Below are positions 7,122 through 14,853 of a stretch of DNA of 64,000 bases, piece by piece. Numbering within the stretch: position 1 is the stretch's first letter; each line of letters opens with the position of its first letter. The DNA is taken from NCBI GenBank assembly GCA_031422675.1, contig JANPMG010000013.1, positions 5,403 to 69,402 of the forward strand, read 5' to 3'. The notes under the pieces were generated by a model that made no database searches, was not told the origin of the DNA, and saw only the letters and a list, made by a program, of their open reading frames with translations. A program made the translations under genes and the position numbers. Source of the DNA: Acidimicrobiia bacterium. Lineage in GTDB: Bacteria > Actinomycetota > Acidimicrobiia > IMCC26256 > JAENVU01.

Positions 7122-10100
7122 ATGGCCGAAATCGACGATGCGACCGCTGCTGAGTTCACTCCGGATTCGCCCGACCGAGCGGCCGCGCCGGGCGAAGTTA
7201 CCGGCTCGCCGACGCCCGAGGAGCATCTGCACGACCAGCGGGCCCTCCGTCTCGACAAGATCGAAGCGTTGCGCGCCACCGGGGTCGACCCCTATCCGGT
7301 GCGGTTCGACGCCACCACCAGCGCCGGCGCGCTGCGCGCCGAGTTCGGGGCGCTGGAGCCGGGAACCAGCACCGAGACGAAGGTTCGAGTGGCGGGGCGC
7401 CTCTTGCTCCTCCGCCGCCAAGGAAAGCTCAGCTTCGGGACGCTCGCCGATCGCGACGGCCCCATCCAGCTGTTCGTGAGCAGTGCGGTCCTCGGCGCCG
7501 AGCTTCATGACGCGTTCGATCGGCTCGATCGCGGTGACTGGGTGGGGGTCGCGGGCACGGTCATGACCACTCGACGCGGCGAACTCTCCGTCAACGTCGA
7601 GTCGTTCGAGTTGCTCGCGAAAGCCGTCCGGCCGTTGCCGGACAAGTGGCACGGCCTTACCGACACCGACACCAGGTACCGCCAGCGGTACGTCGATCTC
7701 GTCGTCAACGACGACGCGCGCCGAATCGCGATCGCCCGGATCGAGATCATCGCGGCACTCCGTCGCCACCTCATGGACCGCGGGTTTCGTGAGGTCGAAG
7801 GGCCGGTCCTGCAATCCATCCAGGGCGGGGCCACGGCCCGACCGTTCATCACCCACTTCAACGCGCTCGGTCAGGACATGTACCTGCGGATCGCGTTGGA
7901 GTTACACCTCAAGCGGCTCATCGTCGGTGGTCTGGATCGGGTGTTCGAGATCGGCCGCGTGTTCCGCAACGAGGGCATCGACACCACCCATATCCCCGAG
8001 TTCACGATGCTCGAGGCCTACCAGGCCTACGGCGACTACCACGACATGATGGATCTGGTCGAGGGGCTGGTGGTGGAGAGCGCGCGAGCCATCGTCCCCG
8101 ATCTCGTGATCACGAGCGGCGACGAGACCATCGATCTCTCGCCACCGTTCCGGCGCGCCACGATGGTCGAGCTCATCAAGGAGCACGCGGGGGTCGACAT
8201 CCACCCCGCCATGGACATCGAGTCCGCGCGTGCCGTGCTGCGGGACCTGAACCTCGCCTTCGAGCCCTCGTGGGGCGCAGGCAAACTCACGAACGAGGTC
8301 TACGACGCCTTCGTCGAGGACAAGCTCGTGCAGCCGACGTTCGTCACCGACCATCCACGGGAGGTGTCGCCGTTGGCGCGCGCCCACCGGGACGACCCCA
8401 CGCTCGTCGAGCGGTTCGAGATGGTCGTGAACCGGCACGAACTCGCGAACGCGTACAGCGAGCTCAACGACCCGGTCGACCAGTTGGCTCGTTTCGAGGC
8501 CGAGGCCATGCACAAGCGCGACGGTGATCCGGAAGCGGGGGACATCGACCTCGACTACGTGCGGGCGCTGGAGTACGGGATGCCGCCCACGGGGGGATTG
8601 GGCATCGGGGTGGACCGGCTGGTCATGCTCATCACCGGAACGCCGTCGATTCGGGAAGTCATCCTGTTCCCGACGCTGCGGCCGGAACCCGGGATGGGCG
8701 GGCTCGGCTCCGGTGGTACCTCCGGGGCCGAGGGGGGCGCGGCGGAAGCATCGGGTTCGGGTCCGCCGGAGCGGCACGCGACGGTTTCCGCGATCGCCTC
8801 CGCACCGCCGCCACCGGCGCGTGCGCCGCGCGCCGCAGTGCGCGCGATCACGTGGTTGGTGGCGTTCGCCGGCCTCCTGTCGGTCGCCGCGTTGGTGCCC
8901 TGGGTGCAGCGCCACATCGAGCCGGTCCAGGCCACGCTGTTGCCCTTCGAACTCCGGATCACCAGCCGGGTCGCCACGGTCCTGGCGGGGTTGGGCTTTC
9001 TCGTGCTCGCCGACCAGCTCCGGCTCGGGAAGCGACGAGCGTGGCAACTCGCCACGGTGCTCGCCGGCGTGAGTGCGCTCCTCCAGGTGGCGAAAGGCCC
9101 GCATCTCGTGGCCGCCGGGTACTCCACCGTGGTCCTCGTGCTCCTCATCCTGTTCCGCGAGCGATTCGCGGCGCCCGCCGACCCGCCCTCGATCTGGCGG
9201 CTCTTGCGCCTGATTCCGGTATATGTCGGCGTCGTCTACGGCTTCGGCGTGACCGCGCTCTTCGCCGACCGCTCCCAAATTGTCCCGGATCCGACGATCG
9301 CCGGTGGGATCGAGACCGTCACGCTGGGTCTCGTCGGGATCTCCGGGCCGTACCACTACCAGACTCGGTTCTTCTCGGACTTCTATCCGGCCGCGCTGGT
9401 GGCGGCGGGGATCTTCGGCCTCGTCGGGTTGATCGTCGTGGTGTTCCGACCGCTGGTGAGCCGGGATCCGCACCGCGCCGAAGAGTGGCAGCACGCCGAG
9501 CGTCTGGTCCACGACTACGGCTGGGACACGCTCGCGTACTTCGCGCTGCGGGAGGACAAGAGCTTCTTCTTCGCCTCCGACGGCGAAGCGATGATCGCCT
9601 ACACCTACATGGCCGGCCACGGCCTCGCCGCGGGTGACCCCATCGGTCGGCCCGAGTCGGTCAGCTTGGTGGTGGACGAGTTCCTGGCCTTCTGTCGGGC
9701 CCGCGCGTGGAAGCCTGCGTTCCTCGCGGTGCGCGAAGGTGATCTGGCGCTGTACTCGTCGCGCGGTTTGCGCCACATCTACCTCGGTGACGAGGCGATC
9801 CTCCCGTGCGATCAACTCGCGCGCGGTGGAGGTGCCAAGAGCGTCCGACAGGCGGTGCGGCGGGTGGCCAAGACGCACTCGTTCCGGGTGCTGACCGAAT
9901 CGAGCGCACCACCGGCGTTGGTCGACGCGTTGAACGCGATCAGTCAACGGTGGCGGGGTAAGAGTCCGGAGCGGGGATTCACGATGTCACTCTCCGAGGA
10001 CATCGAAGGCGTCAACCCGGAGTTCCTGCTCTGCGTGGCTTCCGACGAGGCGGGGGTGCCGACGGGGTTCCTGCGCATCGTCCCTGCCTACGGCCGCGAT

Positions 10101-10544
10101 CGCGGGTACACGCTCGACCTCATGCGCCATGATCCGGACGCGCCGAACGGGATGACCGAGTTCCTGATCTGGAACACCGCAGTCGCGCTCGACGAGCGCG
10201 GCGTCCGCCGACTCTCGATGAACTTCGCGGCGTGGGGCCGGCTGCTCGATCCCGACATCCAACACAGTCCGACGCAGCGCGCGATCGCGTGGGGCCTGAA
10301 GAAGTTGAACCCGTACTTCCAGATCGAGTCGTTGCGGACCTTCAACGAGAAGTTCGACCCCGTCTGGCTTCCCCGCAGCATCGTGTACGCCGACGCGTCC
10401 GATCTCCCGCGAGTGAGTGCCCTGTACGCGGGCGCGGAGGGGTTCCTCGTCCTGCCGTTCGGACGTTCGCTCTTCGTTCCCGCGCCGGTCGGTGGTGAAC
10501 GCGCACCGGATCGCACCGCGCCGGTCGCTGTCGAGGTGGCATGA
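7122..10544 (+). CDS. lysX: bifunctional lysine--tRNA ligase / lysyl-phosphatidylglycerol synthase (LysX-like; order LysRS - TM block - aaPGS catalytic domain)
   Basis: 1140 aa in a single frame. Residues ~1-515 are class II LysRS (RVFEIGRVFRNEGID, GGLGIGVDRLVML). A Gly/Ala/Pro linker follows, then ~6-7 hydrophobic helices, then a C-terminal MprF/DUF2156-like domain (YFALREDKSFFF, YTLDLMRH, FNEKFDPVW). Confidence 0.9.
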   Translation: MAEIDDATAAEFTPDSPDRAAAPGEVTGSPTPEEHLHDQRALRLDKIEALRATGVDPYPVRFDATTSAGALRAEFGALEPGTSTETKVRVAGRLLLLRRQGKLSFGTLADRDGPIQLFVSSAVLGAELHDAFDRLDRGDWVGVAGTVMTTRRGELSVNVESFELLAKAVRPLPDKWHGLTDTDTRYRQRYVDLVVNDDARRIAIARIEIIAALRRHLMDRGFREVEGPVLQSIQGGATARPFITHFNALGQDMYLRIALELHLKRLIVGGLDRVFEIGRVFRNEGIDTTHIPEFTMLEAYQAYGDYHDMMDLVEGLVVESARAIVPDLVITSGDETIDLSPPFRRATMVELIKEHAGVDIHPAMDIESARAVLRDLNLAFEPSWGAGKLTNEVYDAFVEDKLVQPTFVTDHPREVSPLARAHRDDPTLVERFEMVVNRHELANAYSELNDPVDQLARFEAEAMHKRDGDPEAGDIDLDYVRALEYGMPPTGGLGIGVDRLVMLITGTPSIREVILFPTLRPEPGMGGLGSGGTSGAEGGAAEASGSGPPERHATVSAIASAPPPPARAPRAAVRAITWLVAFAGLLSVAALVPWVQRHIEPVQATLLPFELRITSRVATVLAGLGFLVLADQLRLGKRRAWQLATVLAGVSALLQVAKGPHLVAAGYSTVVLVLLILFRERFAAPADPPSIWRLLRLIPVYVGVVYGFGVTALFADRSQIVPDPTIAGGIETVTLGLVGISGPYHYQTRFFSDFYPAALVAAGIFGLVGLIVVVFRPLVSRDPHRAEEWQHAERLVHDYGWDTLAYFALREDKSFFFASDGEAMIAYTYMAGHGLAAGDPIGRPESVSLVVDEFLAFCRARAWKPAFLAVREGDLALYSSRGLRHIYLGDEAILPCDQLARGGGAKSVRQAVRRVAKTHSFRVLTESSAPPALVDALNAISQRWRGKSPERGFTMSLSEDIEGVNPEFLLCVASDEAGVPTGFLRIVPAYGRDRGYTLDLMRHDPDAPNGMTEFLIWNTAVALDERGVRRLSMNFAAWGRLLDPDIQHSPTQRAIAWGLKKLNPYFQIESLRTFNEKFDPVWLPRSIVYADASDLPRVSALYAGAEGFLVLPFGRSLFVPAPVGGERAPDRTAPVAVEVA

Positions 10545-10978
10545 CGCGTCGCATGCCGGTTCGCACCGCCGGTGTACTCGCGGGGCTCGTGGCCGTCGTG
10601 GCGCTGCCGGCGTGCGTCTCCCATGCCGGGTTCGAACGCCGATCCGTCGGCGAGATCGAGCGCGCGCTCGGCCGAAGTGGGCTCGAGGTGTGCACCCGCC
10701 TGACCAATACGGCCGGGCTCGCCAACCAGGCTCGTTCCAGCCGGGTCTTGAACGTGGCGGCGGATTGCCACGACGAGATCGTGCCGATCGTCGTGGACCG
10801 GTTCGCCAACCGCAACGATCGGGACGCCGCGGCGCGCCACCTCGAAGTGGCTTCCCGACCCCGCGCCGATGGTGTGGTCTGGACCTGGGCGCAATACACC
10901 ATCGCCGCATTCGGTCCTCGCGACGATCAGGTGATGAACCGGATCACCGCGGCGTTGGACCGGCTCGGGGCCCGGTGA
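10541..10978 (+). CDS. putative lipoprotein, unknown function
   Basis: 145 aa. Signal peptide plus lipobox-like VALPAC. ATG overlaps the lysX stop (ATGA). Confidence 0.6.
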   Translation: MTRRMPVRTAGVLAGLVAVVALPACVSHAGFERRSVGEIERALGRSGLEVCTRLTNTAGLANQARSSRVLNVAADCHDEIVPIVVDRFANRNDRDAAARHLEVASRPRADGVVWTWAQYTIAAFGPRDDQVMNRITAALDRLGAR

Positions 10979-11016
10979 ACCCGCCCGCCGTGCCGGCCGG
11001 GAGCCGCCCGGCACCG

Positions 11017-12423
11017 ATGCTCCGGCGGCCGGCGCGCCGGGGGCTGGGAATGATCGCGCTGATGTCGATCAACGTGGCTGCGATCGTCAGCGCCCGCAAT
11101 CTCCCGATGATGGCCGTCTACGGCTGGTCGATGCTCGCACTCTTCGGTATCGCGATCGTCGGCTTCTTGATCCCGATCGCACTGGTGGCCTCGGAACTCG
11201 GGACCGCGTGGCCGAAGGAGGGCGGCGTCTACGCCTGGGTCAAGGAGGCGTTCGGCGGTCGGACAGGATTCCTCGCGGTGTGGTGCGACTACGCGGAGAA
11301 CATCCCGTGGTTCCCAACGGTGTTGTCGTTCATGGCGGCGTCACTCGCGTACGTGGTCGACCCCGCGTTGGCGAGCAACAAGGTGTACCTGGTCGTCGTG
11401 ATGTTGGTGATGTTCTGGGGCGCGACGTTGGTCAACCTCCGCGGGTCTGGCGCCTCCACGTGGCTGGGCGGGATCGGAACTCTCGCCGGGTCGATCCTGC
11501 CGGCGGTCCTCGTCGTCGGACTGGGCATCGTCTGGCTCGCGTCCGGCGACGGTTCCGAAATTCCGTTCTCGCGCCGCGCGCTCGCACCGGAGATCTCGTT
11601 CGGAAACCTTGCGTTCCTCGGCGGGATCATCCTCTTGTTCAGCGGCATGGAGATGGCCGGGTTTCACGCGCGAGAGACCGAGAATCCCGGCCGGGACGTT
11701 CCTCGAGCGATCGCGTTGTCGGTGGTCGTCATCGTGATCTTCTCGGTCCTCGGATCGCTGTTCCTCGCGTTCATCGTTCCCGCCCACGAACTGAGTCTCG
11801 TCTCGGGCACGATGGAACTGTTCCAGCGCGCGCTGGATCGACTGGGCGCGAGTTGGCTGCTCAAACCGCTCGCCCTGCTCGTCGGGTTGGGGGGGTTGGC
11901 CCACCTCAGTCCATGGATCCTCGGACCGGCGAAGGGCATGGCCGCAGTCGCGCACGACGGTGGCGCACCGGCCCGGTTCGGCCGGACGAACCGCCACGAC
12001 GTGCCCGTCGGTCTGGTCATCGCCCAGGCCGTCGGCGGCACCGTCTTCTCGTTGATCTTCTTGCTGGTGCCGAACGCTTCGACGAGCTATTGGATGCTCT
12101 CCGCGGTCACAGCCCAAGTGATCGCGCTGATGTACGGACTCGTTTTCGCGGCGTTCATCCGGCTGCGCTATTCCCAGCCGGAGCGAGTTCGCCCGTACCG
12201 CGTGCCAGGCGGAATGGTGGGGGCGTGGGTGGTCGGCGGGGTGGGGATCCTTGCGGCCGTCGTGTCGCTCGGCCTCGGCTTCATCCCGCCGGATCAGCTG
12301 AAGACGGGGAGTGCGACGCGCTACGTGACCCTGCTCGCGGCAGCGACGCTGGTGCTGTGCCTGCCGCCGCTGGTGTGGTCGGCGTGGGCGCGCCGGCACG
12401 AGCGAGTGCGATCGTCCCACTGA
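11017..12423 (+). CDS. APC-family amino acid permease (glutamate/GABA-antiporter-like subfamily)
   Basis: ~468 aa, 12 TM, GGVYAWVKEAFG motif. An alternative GTG start at 10975 overlaps the lipoprotein stop (GTGA). The 5' 200 codons of the track ORF are shadow. Confidence 0.85.
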   Translation: MLRRPARRGLGMIALMSINVAAIVSARNLPMMAVYGWSMLALFGIAIVGFLIPIALVASELGTAWPKEGGVYAWVKEAFGGRTGFLAVWCDYAENIPWFPTVLSFMAASLAYVVDPALASNKVYLVVVMLVMFWGATLVNLRGSGASTWLGGIGTLAGSILPAVLVVGLGIVWLASGDGSEIPFSRRALAPEISFGNLAFLGGIILLFSGMEMAGFHARETENPGRDVPRAIALSVVVIVIFSVLGSLFLAFIVPAHELSLVSGTMELFQRALDRLGASWLLKPLALLVGLGGLAHLSPWILGPAKGMAAVAHDGGAPARFGRTNRHDVPVGLVIAQAVGGTVFSLIFLLVPNASTSYWMLSAVTAQVIALMYGLVFAAFIRLRYSQPERVRPYRVPGGMVGAWVVGGVGILAAVVSLGLGFIPPDQLKTGSATRYVTLLAAATLVLCLPPLVWSAWARRHERVRSSH

Positions 12424-13216
12424 CCATCGCCGCGCCGCTCAGACCGATCAGAATCCATTCGAAACCGTCGGCCCGCACTCGCTCGTCGAGCGCAGCGATC
12501 CCTACTGCCACGCTCACCAGGGGATCGAGCACGACGGCGGCCGGGAAGGAGATCTCGAGCGATCCCGCCTGGAAGGCCAATTGTTGGCACAACAAGCCGA
12601 GGCCGCCGATGCCGACGAGGGTGTAGATCTCCCAGGAACGCAACATTGGTCCGACACCCTGGTCGAGTTGGAACACCATGGTCTTGGTCAGTGCCGATGC
12701 GAGCCCAAAGAGGGTGCCGGCGATGATCGCCAAGCCGATGCCGCGCCCGCGCGTCCCGGTGGCGAACGCGATCACGAGTCCCGTACCGGCGAGGACGCCA
12801 CATCCGATCAGCGACGAGACCCAATGGTCGAAATCGTTTCGGTCTCGGCCTTCGGCCGGATTCCCGACGAGGAGGAAGATCGCGAGTGCGACCGCGATGA
12901 CGCCGGCCCACGCCATGTCCTTGCGGCGAATCGGGCGAGCGTTCCAACGGGCACTCAGCGGCAGCGCGAAGACCAGCGACGCGATGAGGAGTGGCTGGAC
13001 CACCAGAATCGATCCCACTCCGAGCGCGACCGCCTGGAGAATGTAACCGCAGCCGTCGCCCACGGTCGCGGCCCACCAGCGCGGGCTCCGCAGCAGACCC
13101 GTGACGAACTCAGACCCGCGTGCGTCGATATTGGCCGCTTCTTGTTGCTGCGCGACGGCGCCGACCGAGAACACCATCGCCGCGCCGAGTGCAAGAAGAA
13201 CCGCGAGCCAGATCAT
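12281..13216 (-). CDS. DMT-superfamily (EamA-like) membrane transporter
   Basis: 311 aa starting MIWLAVLLALGAAMVF; ~9-10 TM. The Pro/Ala/Ser-rich C-terminal tail overlaps the convergent permease gene by 143 nt. Confidence 0.75.
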   Translation of the reverse strand: MIWLAVLLALGAAMVFSVGAVAQQQEAANIDARGSEFVTGLLRSPRWWAATVGDGCGYILQAVALGVGSILVVQPLLIASLVFALPLSARWNARPIRRKDMAWAGVIAVALAIFLLVGNPAEGRDRNDFDHWVSSLIGCGVLAGTGLVIAFATGTRGRGIGLAIIAGTLFGLASALTKTMVFQLDQGVGPMLRSWEIYTLVGIGGLGLLCQQLAFQAGSLEISFPAAVVLDPLVSVAVGIAALDERVRADGFEWILIGLSGAAMVSGTIALARAGAPTPTTPAAAGTAPASLPRAGSRSASHSPSSADPAG

Positions 13217-13221
13217 GCCCA

Positions 13222-13227
13222 ACAGTA
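13222..13227 (-). promoter_or_regulatory. -10-like TACTGT, 5 nt upstream of the DMT ATG
   Basis: revcomp of 13222-13227. Overlaps the opposite-strand -10 by 2 nt. Confidence 0.3.
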
Positions 13228-13231
13228 CGCT
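13226..13231 (+). promoter_or_regulatory. -10-like TACGCT, 8 nt upstream of the esterase GTG
   Basis: TANNNT; spacer 13232-13239. Confidence 0.3.
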
Positions 13232-13239
13232 CCACCGCC

Positions 13240-14328
13240 GTGACGGCTGATGTTTCGATCGTTGGTGTCCCGTTCCTCGTGGGCGTTGGCGGGGCCACAC
13301 TCGCCGCCGTTGTCGCGGCAATCGTTGCCCGTCACGCACTCAACCGGTTCGTGACGGTGACGGTCTGGATCGTGATCGTCGCGCTGGTCGGGGGCAACGC
13401 CGCCGGTTGGGTCAACCGATACTTCGACTACATCCCGACGCTCGAGGAGCTCTTCGGCCGAACCGCACGGGACGAGTCCTCGGTGGCCGACGTTGCCAAA
13501 CAGAAGACGGTGCCCACGCGCGGCAAGGTGATCACGATCGCGATCGCCGGGACGACCTCGGGGTTCGCCGCGCGTGATGCCCTCGTGTACCTGCCACCGG
13601 CATGGTTCGAGACGCCGCGCCCGAAACTCCCGGTCATCGAACTCCTCGCCGGTGAACCGGGCGCGACCGACAACTGGACCCAGGGCGGGTTCGCGGACGT
13701 GACGAGCGACCGATACGCGGCGGAACACGGCGGGCGAGCACCGATCTTGGTGATGGCGGACAACAACGGGAGCGACACCGCGGACACCGAGTGTGTCGGC
13801 ACCTCGGAGCAGTACCTCACCGTCGATGTGCCGCGGTTCGTCGTCGACCGGTTCTCGACGTCCAGCGACCCCGAGCAGTGGGCCATTGGTGGCCTCTCCG
13901 AGGGTGGGATGTGCGGGCTCATGTTGTCGTTGCGACATCCCGAGCAGTACCGCACGTTCATCGACTACGGCGGTCTGCTCGGCCCGCGCAACGCCGATGA
14001 CAACACCATCGGCGACACCGTCGACGTGTACTTCGGTGGCGATCAGCGCCAGTTCGATGCGCACGAACCCCTTGCCATCCTCGCGGCCGGAGGGTTCGAG
14101 GAACTCGGCGGATGGTTCGTGGTGGGCAGCGAGGACGCCGATCCGCTCGCCGCACAAAAGATGCTCGTGCCCGCGGCAAAACGGGCAGGCCTCGATGTCT
14201 GCTCCGTGATCGTGCCCGGCGGCGAGCACACGTTCCAAGTGTGGTCGCAGGCGTTCGCGGATTCGCTCCCCTGGGTTGCGGCCCGGCTGGGAATCGGCCC
14301 ACCGATGCGGACCTGCCCCCACCAGTGA
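13240..14328 (+). CDS. membrane-anchored esterase-family protein (esterase D / mycolyltransferase-like alpha/beta hydrolase)
   Basis: 362 aa. Two N-terminal TM helices, then an esterase-like domain with the GLSEGG nucleophile elbow. GTG start supported by the -10 geometry. Confidence 0.75.
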   Translation: MTADVSIVGVPFLVGVGGATLAAVVAAIVARHALNRFVTVTVWIVIVALVGGNAAGWVNRYFDYIPTLEELFGRTARDESSVADVAKQKTVPTRGKVITIAIAGTTSGFAARDALVYLPPAWFETPRPKLPVIELLAGEPGATDNWTQGGFADVTSDRYAAEHGGRAPILVMADNNGSDTADTECVGTSEQYLTVDVPRFVVDRFSTSSDPEQWAIGGLSEGGMCGLMLSLRHPEQYRTFIDYGGLLGPRNADDNTIGDTVDVYFGGDQRQFDAHEPLAILAAGGFEELGGWFVVGSEDADPLAAQKMLVPAAKRAGLDVCSVIVPGGEHTFQVWSQAFADSLPWVAARLGIGPPMRTCPHQ

Positions 14329-14350
14329 CGCACGCCGTCACGCCGGTACC

Positions 14351-14824
14351 ATGTTCGCCATGACGATGACCGACATCCCGAAGGCGCTCCACCGTGGTGA
14401 GAGCGAGAACCCGTTCGTCGCGTTGGGCGACGGAACGCATCTGCAACTGTTGCAGGTCGACATCGAAGCGGGTCTATGGGTGATCCGCACCCGGTTCGAA
14501 CCGGGCGTGGTGGTGCCGACGCACAAGCACACCGGTCACATCTTCGCGTTCACGATCAGCGGTTCTTGGCACTACCTCGAGTACCCGGAAGTGAACGTCG
14601 CCGGGTCCTACCTGTACGAGCCCGCGGGTTCGGTCCACACGCTCGCCGTACCCGCAGACAACGACGGGCTGACCGACGTGTGGTTCGCGATCCACGGAGC
14701 CAATCTCAATCTCGACGCCGACGGCAACGTGGAGATGGTCATCGACGCGGGCTTGGTACGAGACACGTACTTCGCCCTTTGCGAGGCCAACGGTCTCGGT
14801 CGTCCCGACGTGATCGGCGCCTAG
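14351..14824 (+). CDS. cupin-domain protein (acetophenone-dioxygenase-like)
   Basis: 157 aa starting MFAMTMTD. His-rich cupin motif PTHKHTGHIFAFTISGSWHY. Confidence 0.7.
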   Translation: MFAMTMTDIPKALHRGESENPFVALGDGTHLQLLQVDIEAGLWVIRTRFEPGVVVPTHKHTGHIFAFTISGSWHYLEYPEVNVAGSYLYEPAGSVHTLAVPADNDGLTDVWFAIHGANLNLDADGNVEMVIDAGLVRDTYFALCEANGLGRPDVIGA

Positions 14825-14830
14825 ATCGCA

Positions 14831-14853
14831 CGGTTTTGGCGGGTGCGCTGCGG
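14831..14853. repeat. possible truncated copy of the 53-nt palindromic repeat family
   Basis: CGGTTTTGGCGggtgcGCTGCGG shares the first 11 and last 7 nt with one arm of the 40888/41972 element. Lies between convergent stops, like copy 1. Confidence 0.3.
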
